Under the pieces are notes generated by a model. The model did no database searches, was not told where the DNA came from, and saw nothing but the letters and a program-made list of their open reading frames with translations. Below are positions 25,421 through 37,474 of a DNA stretch of 64,000 nucleotides, piece after piece. This DNA is from Octopus bimaculoides (taxonomy: Eukaryota), in contig NC_068988.1 in assembly GCF_001194135.2 (NCBI RefSeq), forward strand, positions 51,728,921 to 51,792,920. The letters run 5' to 3'. Position 1 is the first letter of the stretch, and each line of letters starts with the position of its first letter. The translations under genes were made by a program, and so were the position numbers.

Positions 25421-27526
25421 CACACACACAGCATGGTACATTTGGTTTCCTTCACTGGTTATGCTATTCTCTGATAAAGATTACAAAACAATAAGACTTA
25501 AATAGAAAGTGAGTGCATTTCCCTGATAATTCACAATTGAAATCACTGCCTACATTTTGTTTTAATAGATAATATTAAAAATGTGATTGCACAACATTCT
25601 GAAATAGCTTACTTGATATGATAATCGTGCATATATACTTGACATATAAATAAAGTATTATTATATATTCAACATAGTTCTTCATAAAAATACCAAAGTC
25701 TTCCCAAAATTCCATATTCCTAGCCCACTTTCACATGAAAGCTTACACTTAAGACTTATACTTTATGAAAAACTATTGCAGCTTTTAAATCTGCAGCACT
25801 GCCTAACTCGGCAAATAGTTTTAGGTAATTGCCACCTTATAAGGTTGGCAGAAGAAAAGGAAAAGTACACATCTACAAAATTCCTTCACAATATCAATGC
25901 TAGCTTCTAAAATCAGTCTCAGCTAATTCCTTTGACACTTAAACTATAATACTACTACAATGAATACAAACTAGATCTTTAAAATATACTTATAAAAAGC
26001 AATATTTACATAAAGCAAAACTAGAAAGTATCTTATATTCTAGGTTTAATTACATTGGTTTACTGAGATACCATGAAAGTACCCTAACACTGTTACTTTG
26101 TGTAGCCATTGTTCCTACCTTATCATACTTGAACAAGCTGTTGCTATTGAAAAACTGAAATTCCAACCATCAACAGTGAAAGAGCAACAAGTGGTCTATT
26201 CAAACTTACAGAAAGAAAAACAGCAATGGACTCAGTAATAGGGTAAGAAACAGGCAGTGCAAATTCAGCATGTACATGCTTCTAAGTGGTACTAAGAGCA
26301 CTAACATAATAGTATACACAATCAATTTGAAACCTACAAGTTTTGATTGATGGTCATTGTTTAGACCAGGTCATATCTGAAGAAGCAGATCTGACAAAAG
26401 GCAATATAGGCCATAACAGTTCTGTCTTTCTTCATCAAACTATTTTATCCAATATGTACCTCCATTTTTAAGACACTGGGAGGCTTGTTAGTTAAATTTA
26501 GCAGATCGAAAGCTATCATCTTGTGAATGTTGATGGCTCTGAAAAATGTGATTTGATAAGGACGGAGTAAAGGGCCAAAAGAAACTTGTAGATGAAATAT
26601 GATTCAAGTTCCTATTTTCCCTTTATATCATATCATTTCAAGCCTATGACCCTAATTATATATATATATTTTTATCAAAACTTTTGTCTATGCTGTCAAT
26701 ATCACTTGAATATGCCTTGAACGTGAGGTAGAGATAAGTGTTCACAAACACAAAAGAATAAAGTTAGAAGATTCAGGATAGAATCATTTTATTGTTATTT
26801 ACAAAACTATAACAGATGCAATTAAATTTTAAACAAGTTGAACACGTAACACATGAGAATACAATCAAAGCATTAAAACAAAAAAGCTAATACTATTATG
26901 GACATTCATTTTAGCAATCAGCAGTTAGCTTCCATATAACTGAAAGATTTCCAACTTTGGCACAAGGGTATAAGCTAACTTTACTCGACATCAGTGCACG
27001 ACTTATTTTATCGACAGGAGACGAATGAGAGAAAACTGACATAGTAAAGAGATAAAAGAAAGAACAACTATGTTATTCAATAAAATTCTGTCTATTTCTA
27101 CAATCAGACTTCACAATCAGACTTCAAATAATTAAATAACGAGTTGATTGATACTGGATAAAACGTATTTTTGAAATAGGCAATCTTGTGATTAAGGATT
27201 AGTTAGTACTACAGGCAAAACACGGAGGCAGAAAGAGAAAAAAATAAAGGTAGTAAATAAGTTGTATTTATAATCATAAAATGAGTAAAGGAAGACCATT
27301 TCGAAAGCACATGGCAGCAAAAGCGGAGATAAGTGCTTTAATATTGGGAAAGAGATCAGGCTGTAACTGAAATACCATTTCATTTAAGGCAGTGGTAGAA
27401 TAGTCGAATAAAGCGTTTCCAGGTTCCTCTCCGTTGTAAAAGAAAAAAAACTCTCCACAGCTACTACTACTAGTCATATGCGGCATTATCTACTGCTATG
27501 AAACTAGAAATTGAGGTGGACTTGTT

Positions 27527-27695
27527 TCACGCATTTACATGCACTTTCGGAGAAACGAATACGTACACCGACACTAATAAAAATGTCTTCAGAAATGGCT
27601 TCTCCATCCAAGAATTTCCGAGACAGATGGACGCGACTAAACAGCCATGGCTATCTGACATTATCTTAGCCGAGAATTTGTGTTGAAGCTAATGC
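27527..27695 (-). other. Candidate leader exon with 44-codon AUG ORF (27661..27527); 3' boundary uncertain
   Basis: Strong acceptor ttcttcctgtttctctaccttgcag|G; ORF MSDSHGCLVASICLGNSWMEKPFLKTFLLVSVYVFVSPKVHVNA*; only moderate donors (CAT|gtaaat). Confidence 0.3.
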
Positions 27696-27940
27696 CTGCA
27701 AGGTAGAGAAACAGGAAGAACTCAACACAATTTCATAACAAGACAATGTGTGCCAATGAATGTGTGTATATGTGTGTGTATTAAAAAAATCAATATGGTC
27801 ACCTTGACACATAACCAAGGTAGAACGTTAATCAGATTGACACACACTACACAACTCAATCATAACGACTTACACACACAAAGCTCAGCCGGACTGACAA
27901 TACACCACAGCTTAACTGGATTGTACACACAAAATTCAGA

Positions 27941-27972
<32 letters not shown>

Positions 27973-29157
27973 TAAACAGCCTTACTATGGAGACAGATAA
28001 AATGCCCAATGCCAAAGACATCATCTAAACGCATTGTCTTGCTTAAGGTATTGAGAGAGAGAGAGAGCGAGTGGGGGGTACGGTCAGCTGGTAATGAATA
28101 AATACATTTCTAGAAATGTCACGCAGTAGAAAGCAGACGATGTTAGAACGTTTACGAATGATTTTATAAGATTGAAGCATTCAGGGAAGTAATAAATCCC
28201 TATAACTTGGTGGATAGTGGTTTCTTTCCATGAGCAGGGAAGATAAAGTTTCCCCAAGGACTTCAGTAAATTATTCTAGTATGAATCGAAAATCCTCAGT
28301 TTACGAAGAAGTCTCAATTTACAGTTCTCGATAACCATAAGGCTTCGATTTAAATCAATTTTAAACCAACCTTGAAGCAACTCACCCGTCACAAGAGCTT
28401 CAGTCCATACGAAACTAAAAATTACAGCATAGACTCTAGAATCGGGACTTTAATCGGAAATAATAATTAATAATAAATATATGTAAGCAACAGATGACTG
28501 TTAGATGCTAACGCATGTACATAAAAGGATATTTTTGATAAGAATTGCTGGTTATTGAATGTCCATTTAACTATAAATGTTCAATATAATCAATGAAAAA
28601 TAGTAAAGGGTTGCAGAGACTGGCAATGGCCAGAGAGGAGATAACGCAGTGGACAGCAGAAACTAGCAGACCATCGTTGTGTCTGTCCAACAGCATAATG
28701 ATGCGTTTTATAGCACGCAACTATTCGAAATTTCATAAGCAACAAGCAAGCCGGTTTATTTTAATATTGAAGCACTTTCTGAAAGAGACATATTTTGAAC
28801 ATTAAATATTTCTTTTATTAGTAATTACTCATTCGTAGTGATTAGCTACTATTTCTAACTGGTTGAGAGGCTACATAAAACTTACTGTCTGAAGAAATAG
28901 CAGTCAAATCTTCACTAAATCACATACCAGTCTTCAAAAGAGGGATGCATTAAGGATAATGTAGTTCTCGATTTTGTCTACATTTAAAGATGTAATAGCC
29001 ACGGTTTGCACTCCCTAAGATTAAAGCTCATATCATATAGAGTACAAATGAAACACATTGCTATCCAGACTCAGCAAAGTGAAGGAAACATTATCTATTT
29101 ATCAACTGTTATAGACTGAAAATAATAAATGTTACCAAAAGTAGGTGAGAATTAAAA

Positions 29158-29531
29158 GGTAGAGATGGACTATATGTAATCTGAACCTTTCCCCCCCTTA
29201 TTTATTAATTTTTTTTACGGAATCCCACGTTTTAGGCTATGGAGATTCCGATTCTGAAAAAAAAATTTTTGAAAAATTTCAATCCCCCCCCCACCACCAC
29301 CACCAAGCAGGCTATTTACATGCTAGAAATAACAGCCAAATCTCACAAAACTAGTGTTAGGGTTAGGTTTACCCTGTGGATCTATATAAAAACCGGGGTG
29401 GGGGATCGAAATTTTGAAATTTTTTTTTCGGAATCGGATTCTCCATGGTCTGAAACATAGGATTCCGTAAAAAAAAACAAATTTTAAAAGGGGGGGGGGG
29501 ATACCCAGATTACATATACTCCATCTCCACC
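29158..29531. mobile_element. Foldback MITE, long imperfect TIRs starting GG, 8-bp TSD AATTAAAA (Merlin- or MULE-like)
   Basis: Left GGTAGAGATGGACTATATGTAATCTG matches the reverse complement of right CAGATTACATATACTCCATCTCCACC; AATTAAAA at 29150-29157 and 29532-29539. Confidence 0.8.
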
Positions 29532-32361
29532 AATTAAAAGGTTGTTTTTATTAAACTGTCACAATTCCGATTTGTAGTCATGAAACTAGACATAAATAAT
29601 ACGTGAGCACAAGAGAAAAGTAGAAACAGGTAAGAAACTAGAGACCAATCTAAATAATAATAAACATACAGCGAACATATTTCTCGTCACGACTGAAGAT
29701 GGAAATGAATAAATAATGAGTAGATTCTCTCCACACACAGAGATTTACAAAGCCTCTAAACATTCGCTCGAACTGCTTGAAACAAGAGCTAAAATCTCCT
29801 AAAAATTGAAGCCTATTAATTTTTAAAAAGGACATTGGACAGTGTGGTCCTAGAAAAACAAAAGAGAAGACTGTCATGGTCGGAACGCTTCTGACTGTTA
29901 GTCGACACAATCAGAACTGAACACACACACACAAACAATCTGACATGGCCGACAGTTAATCATGTAAGCAGGTGGTGGTGGTGGTGGTGATGGTTGCCAC
30001 GTGTGGTACCAGAGATAAAGTCAATGTTGGTTTTACTGTCACGCTAATAATCAACTGAAGTGAAGTCATCAGTATAAAATTAGAAACAACAGTCGCTCGC
30101 TGTTTGAAATAACAATAAAATGATTTTGGTAAAAGTAGTAGATATAACGAAGATACCGCAGAAGTATCAAACCGGAGAACACCAGTTTGCCCCAGCCAAC
30201 GTGAGATTATCTAAACTCACAATCGACTTGCTATAAAAAAAGATTTTCCTCAGTTTTTTTTGTTTGCAAAAGTAAAGATATTGGATAATATACATAGTGC
30301 ACTGCCTTATAAAAAAAGATGCGATAGTCGTGGTTCGGAGCAGGTGTGTGACCAGAGGTAAAAACCGTCCCACGTTGCTAAAACCACTGGCAAAAATCTT
30401 ACATATAGCTAGGATTTATGTCATGTGTTAAGAAACTGATCTCATCTGGAACAAGATAGGATGGTCTTGACTGGAACATTTTTGATCTAGGACTAAAACA
30501 ACAGGCCTTTGACCAACTCTAACACTGTTCTATCTTTTATTTTTCTAGTTTATAAACAGCTTGCGAGAGAGAGAGGGAGAGAAAGAGAGATTTGTTACGC
30601 TAATAGTACTAAAGTAAACTTGATAATTATATGCAACAAAAAGAACTGCTACGAATTCAATGCTTGGCTGGCTAGTAAAGAACGAAAAAATTAACAACAT
30701 TGGGGAAGAGGGTCAGAGGTCGGATAGAAATTATATGTAAACTACTGTCCGAAACACAAACACATCACATGGTTTAGAATTTAACCAAAGTAAGACATGA
30801 AGCCAAAGAATGATTGTGATTAAGTGGAGGTAGTAAAAACCAACGATTCTAAGGCGAAAAAAATCGACATTCTGCAGAGTGAACAGATTGTGGGACACGA
30901 AAAATTACTGGAAACACAATGTGATGTATAACATGCGAAGCAGAGTATATAAACAGTGATATAAAGAGGAAAAAAGAAAAACGCCTACTTAACTCGCAGG
31001 CTTAAAAAACATTCCAAATATCAACACAACCAAACGCTCTAACGGAAGGAAGAAAGTACGTAAACTATTTTAGTATGGATCTAAGGAATAAGATTGAGTA
31101 TGACCCCTCTTAAGATCTGAAAAGCCGAGGTGCCAGGCACACACAAATTGTAGTAGAATAAACACTCCGCTAAGGTATTATTCAAAGTGCGAATGAAATA
31201 ATAAAAAGAGTACTCAATAGAAATGCCATAATTTAAAAAGAGTAAAACATAAGTCTATCGAGCAGTTCTCACTTCGTATTTTGTAGACATATCCATCACA
31301 CACAGGCACGTGGCATTGCGGTTAGATTAAGGCCACGGGCTTCGATTGCTGTGCTAATTTATCTTGAACGAATCGTCCCTCATTCCATTTCCTCATCGAG
31401 TTTACTACCGTCGGCGTTCTTATTTAGGTGTTGAAGCTGTTCACCTACTGAGCAAAACGGTTCATTTCACGTTGCTCCAATGGGCTGGTACAACCCTCTT
31501 TTTCCCCCTGTAGTTATCACATCTTGGATGCTTCCCGAGGATCAAGAGGCAGAGCGGTCTTTCTGTCTGCTCAAGACGACATAGGCACCTAAAACAATTA
31601 GCAAAAGTGCATGCGCACGCACACACATGAACCATCGCATTTCTCGAAGTAATTTGCATATATCCCACCCCGTACTGGGTTAGCAAAAGAGAACACAATA
31701 AACAATGATATACAAAAGGGATGATGTACACAACTGAAACGACAGATCATAGATCTGCTCGGTTAAGTTGAACGGGGTTAAACAACATGCATGTGTATTA
31801 ACCAAATTCGAAGCCAGTTTAATCATAAATATTCATCAGGCTGACCCGATTAAATAGTTTGGCCAACAAAAGTGCCCCAGCTAAAGCTTTCTACAAATGT
31901 CTTAAAGACTACGTCATTCAAGGTTTCCTTTCTTTCAATGATCTTATTCGTAGGCATTGTGAAATCGATGAGATCAACATGGCTAGTGCTATTAGACAAA
32001 AGCAGGGACTGCAGGCGAAGAATTTCTGAGGACTCACGTCTCTAGGAAGGAAGAAAAGATTGAAATGTGATTAGTGAGGGACTATGGATGACGAATACAC
32101 ACTATGCGTTATGACCAAGTCGGATGGGCCGAAATAGAGATAACACGAGATTAGTCAGCTATATATTAGCAGTGAATGAGACAGAAGTAGGAATTGCTAT
32201 CTTTTAGCAGATCAGGCAACCTCGCAGAAGCTCTCTCGTTTGCTCGATGAAGTTAGCATATTGTGTTACAATATTATTTGAAAACAGACGACAACCATAA
32301 ATGAACAGTTTTCAGTAAGTAATACCAATCGACAAAAGTATTACTTATCTGGATCTGAGTT

Positions 32362-32579
32362 ATTCTTTTCTACTCTAGGCAGAAGGCCCGAAATTTTGGG
32401 AGAGGGGGGGGGAAGTCGATTAGATCGACATCAGTACGCAACTGGTACTTAATTTATCGACCCCGAAGGATGAAAGCAAAGTCAACCTCGGCGGAATTTG
32501 AATTCAGAACGTAAAGACAGACGAAATACCGCTAAGCATTTCGACCGGTGTACTAACGTTTCTACCAGCTCGCCGCCTT
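32362..32579 (-). mobile_element. SINE family A copy (CpG retained)
   Basis: Same body as 18426 copy, reverse strand. Confidence 0.8.
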
Positions 32580-35154
32580 CTGGATCTGAATAATTGCTGG
32601 AAGTGTTAGCTATATCTCTCTCAAATTACATCCTACTGTCTAGTACATGATATACAAAAAGGTGGGATGATGAACACGATCAGAATGCTTTGATCAATCG
32701 GCCTGCTCGATCAGATTGACCCGAGGGACTAAACAATAAACATGTGTGAATCAGACAGCGGGGGTCCAATTCTTGTTTAGGAGTGTAATAGCAATCGACA
32801 TCATTACTGCCATATACAATAGTAACAGTGGAATGATGTAACAGAACCTCTGGTAGCAGTATTAAAGAAACCCAACTATGGAATCAACAAACACACATTG
32901 CCTGTTGAGTAACAAATTACTTTTACAGGTTGTAGCAGCTTCGTTGTCAAGGAAACAAAGATTGCAATTAACGGAGGTATATTCCTCGAACAAGCCAACA
33001 AATTCTACCATCACTCACAAGCCGTAGTAAGCAAGGTGCACACAGTACACACTGCTGTAAGCTGAAATGAGGATTACTGTATATCATCAGCTAATTAGAC
33101 ATGGAGAACAGACAGGCAACTTTTACTCTGACTATTCAGATTGCTACTGCAGGCGATGGACTAATTAAATATTGTAAAATAATCCTGATTATTATTATTA
33201 TTATTATTATTATTAAGGGAGCTCTCTAAAACGATACAGTCGAAGTATTTGCCCTTAAGCAGACCCTTTCTCACAGCAGGAGGTCTGTCAGTTAGGGAGG
33301 GCAATTCAATTGATAAAAAAACATGCAGTGGGGGACAGCTTTAACACCCACATAAAAACACCGATGATAGTAAGCTACGTTGGTGAGGATATGGAGCGAG
33401 GGGGGTGGGATTTGTACAAGATAAATTAGGACAGGAAGGCAAGGAGACCAGTTGGATCTCATTCATAACTTCTAACAATAGACAGTAAGAGAAAATGTTT
33501 CTTCATTGGGTAGCTTAAGTGGTACTGAAGAGGGAGACTAAATTTTGAAGTAGGGATGGTAAAGAGATATTAGTACAAGGCTGTAAAAGGGGACGTATAT
33601 ACTAAACTAGTTTACACGCAGTACGAAACTTAACATTTTCAAGTGTTTAACACTTCAGCGATTTATTCATCCACCTGCCTCCAGCTTTCAGCCCAAACAA
33701 AGTGAACTGGTTGGTATTGATATAGATTTAACAAAATGGTGTTAGAAATAATGAAATAAAGCTGGTTTAATCCACGTAGATATCACCATAAAGGAATGTC
33801 TGTCGAGAGAGGAGGGGCAGTTAGTAATAATCGAAAGATAAAACGTACAGAAAATTAAGAAATGATGATAACTATAACGTCAGAAAGACATTGGTTAACA
33901 CAATATAAATAATTGTAGGTGATTAACTTGTATTTTAGATTAATCATCCCCCGCACTATTATAGCGCTGGAATATGTGACGATGACAGCAAATAAATTTA
34001 GATGAGCTATTTATTTAGACATTTCATTAATCAAGAAACAGATAATAACGATAGAGAGGTTGACGTAAATAAAATTCGCCCTCACCGCCAAAGGATCGTA
34101 GATTGGGAAAATTGAAAACGACATGTGATGAAATAATGGCGACTGGTCCATGCGTAGTTGGTGCAACAACAGAACAAGGCGGATAATAGGAGGCAACTGA
34201 CAATTTCAATGAGATTGGAAGATATAAACAGCATTATTTATATATCACACACGTTAAATAAAAATTTAACAGCACAACCATTTTGCTACATTGAATTATA
34301 AATGAAAAAAGATGAAGACAGAAAGCTAAAAACGAAATGCGTTCTAATGAGTTATATACAAGAGCTGGAGGTGAAAGCTAGTAAAGAGCCATGTAACCAA
34401 ACCATCTCTAAAATAACTAATGTTAAACGTGATTACAATTATTTTAGTTATTATAACAAAGCTAACAGAACAAAAGAGATAGCCAAAGATGGTCTTCTAT
34501 AAGATGACAAACCATATAAAAAATACTGTCAGGTCTTAAAACCTTGTTCAAGAAGTAAATTATATTTTTCCTTTTATCTACCGTTTCCATTACCAAAATA
34601 TCAATAGTATGGCGATGTTCTTTTTTTTTTTTCTTTTAAATATACTAAGAATAGTAGGAAAGTAAACCAAACGGATTATTAACGATTGGAACAAGAATCT
34701 GAAAGTAAAAGAGACTAAACAGAAAAAAAAAAAGAAAAATTACAGATGGTGACAGATCGAATCACAAGAGTCGCAATGGCACCACCAGCAATATTAGTTA
34801 GCTACAGTAGTAGCAGAAGCAGTATCGCGGTAATAAGAACATAGTAAATGAGTTTAGTAGTAGATGTCTATATATAGCCAAACAGTGAGTTACATACACC
34901 ATGGCGAGAGATAGATAGATGTACAGCTCATTACAGTCAGACTAGACAGACACAATCAGACGATATTCCATTGAGAAAAAGTGTGAGTGTGGGAAAGACA
35001 GACATTAAATGATAATGATGGTAATGATTTCTTGCCCAATATAAAATAACGTTTGCGTTTTGCAGTATGTTTACACATGCACACACATGTGTATAGGGCT
35101 GTATGTCAGTGTCTCATCTCATCCCCTCTGTAAGTAGAGGGTAGGAACAAATAC

Positions 35155-35201
<47 letters not shown>

Positions 35202-35545
35202 CATATGTACGTATGTATACACACACATTATGTACTCATAAAAATAAGAGCCAGCAATAAAAATCAATAATGCTAAATGGCTACGTAGACAGAGAGAGAG
35301 AGTGAGAGGCTCTCAGCAATTACAATCTGACCGATCACACATACATAAGTATATGCAGGTCTGTCTCTCACATANNNNNNNNNNACACATTATGTACTCA
35401 TAAAAATAAGAGCCAGCAATAAAAATCAATAATGCTAAATGGCTACGTAGACAGAGAGAGAGAGTGAGAGGCTCTCAGCAATTACAATCTGACCGATCAC
35501 ACATACATAAGTATATGCAGGTCTGTCTCTCACATACGTACGTAC

Positions 35546-35594
<49 letters not shown>

Positions 35595-36643
35595 CACGGA
35601 TAAATTGATTTCTTGTAGTTCTTGAATCAGTAAGAAAAAAAAATTACCGTAGAATAAAAAAAAACAACATATTTAATACCTGTTGAGGAAATTAGTTGTA
35701 TTCCATCACTTAAAGAAGGTAATATTATATACATATAATGTATGTGTGTGTATGTATGTATACACACTTCGCATATTTGTGTTGTATGCGTTTGTTCTGT
35801 ATATACGCACATATGCGAATGTATGTGTGTGTATATATATACATATATATATATACATACATATATATGTGTGTGTGTATGTATGTATACACTGGTGTAT
35901 GCATTTAAGTCTCAAATTGCGTGTTTAATTCAAAACATAATTATTGTTTTGGATCATAGTTCACTGAACAATGGATGATTTGAGTGAGAAGATAATATAT
36001 TGTTTTTATCTGGACATTAGAATCACCCAATTAAACTGACCTTACTCAGAGGTCGGGTTTAATGTGCATTGAAGGTGTGAGATAGGGTTAAGAAACCAGA
36101 ATTTATAATATATATATTCCTGTAGCCAACGTGTAAATGCGTTTATGTGTATATGTTTAGCCCCAAATCAGCACTGATTACGCTAGAAATATCAGCCAAA
36201 TTAAAGACGTTCCAGTCGCAACCATCGCGAACGTTTGTACATTTAAGACCATAGAACAGAATTGTTTAATGAATCCCTTAAGGAAGAGGGAGGATATGGT
36301 GCGATGTGATATGAGGACTTCGCTGCTGTTTCTAGCAAATCGAGCGATCACACAGAGACACCCGTCATATGTGGTGAAAACACATTCAGGACCTGGTAGA
36401 TTGCTTATACATGAATGTTCCCGTCAGTAAGAATTATGGGGGTAATATAGATTATATAATGCTGTAGGTGTTTTCAGTAACAACAGATTGGATATTACAG
36501 AACAGTGTACATGTATGTGTTCTATGGCTAAGTGCATGTACGTATATACGTACGTAAAACTATAGATCTTAAAGCAAATATCAACTGGCTAATCAATAAT
36601 TAAACTGAGCTATCAATGAAACCACACTTTGAGATATATATAC

Positions 36644-36685
<42 letters not shown>

Positions 36686-37265
36686 GTATATATTAGTACA
36701 ATGATTACAGCTCGATGCCAGACACAACCAAACCGTGATTGTGCCCCATTATATGTAATGTGTACAGGTATCTGTATTTGAATAGCAGGAGTTATTGAAA
36801 TGGGAAATACAAGACTTTCTTTCATACTATCCCAAAATGGTGATGATGTAACGTCAACTGAACAGAAAAAACCCCCCAGAAATACAGTATACTACTGTAA
36901 CTATGTATGAACAAGGAGCATATACAAGGGCCTTCGAATTACTAGATATAGCAGCCAAAACAGGATGTGAGAATAGTCATAGACAGTCACAACTTAGGTA
37001 TACTAAACTAAGATTGATGATTTAGGACTAACAGACAATAGATGATCAAACAACGATGTCAACTACAAATTTGTACCCAATCTACGGACTATGTCGTGAA
37101 CAACTTCAATATACCCATTATCTTCAATATATAGACATACACACTATGCAATTTTTAGAAATATGAAGAAAAAATACAGCAAAAGCAAGTACCGTTAAGT
37201 GAAGCTAGGTAACGGTTTAACTAAAAAATATATATTTATATTAAATATATTATTTATATATTTAC

Positions 37266-37313
37266 CTGAACAGAAGCTCCACAACCGTTCTCCTTACTGT
37301 TTTTCCCCGGAAT
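37266..37313 (-). CDS. uCC 5' part, AUU-initiated: IPGKNSKENGCGASVQ
   Basis: aagATTccg (-3 A; ATT-CCG start as in the AZIN1 uCC); 16 codons then CAG|gtaaat phase-0 donor, in frame with 21223; in-frame TAG 6 codons upstream, so no AUG can start it. Confidence 0.82.
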
Positions 37314-37328
37314 CTTGCTGATTGTGGA

Positions 37329-37345
37329 CTAACACATTAAAGCAT
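37329..37345 (-). promoter_or_regulatory. Two overlapping minimal uORFs ATG-CTT-TAA / ATG-TGT-TAG (TAATG overlap)
   Basis: Read directly; they are in the mRNA only if the TSS is upstream of 37345. Confidence 0.55.
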
Positions 37346-37467
37346 AATACAGCCAAAGGAAAAATTGACACACCGGCGTTAGAATGTAAAGCGTAATTGA
37401 TTCGCCTTCGACTTCCTATCAGAGTGTGACACCGGTGAAACAGGCTGCGCACAGGTCATGTAAAATG

Positions 37468-37474
37468 TTATATA
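37468..37474 (-). promoter_or_regulatory. Putative TATA box (TATATAA) of ODC
   Basis: gcgcggcgtcgTATATAAcatt in a CpG-rich patch about 160 nt upstream of the uCC AUU. Confidence 0.5.

Larger units (their letters stand above)
37266..37446 (-). other. ODC1: ODC putative first exon (5' end estimated from TATA spacing)
   Basis: Donor at 37265; CpG-containing neighbourhood; TATATAA about 28 nt upstream of 37446. Confidence 0.6.

Noticed and set aside
27583-27669. Plus-strand ORF MSSEMASPSKNFRDRWTRLNSHG, faintly like the AZIN1 uCC N-terminus
   Set aside because: Wrong strand; a better AUU-CCG exon exists at 37313.
29998-31312. CACGTG E-boxes in intron 1 (29998, 31307), reminiscent of Myc control of mammalian ODC
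   Set aside because: One or two hexamer hits are expected by chance in 16 kb, and they are far from the promoter.
35224-35535. Exact ~150-bp direct duplication either side of a 10-N gap
   Set aside because: Typical unmerged contig overlap (assembly artefact).
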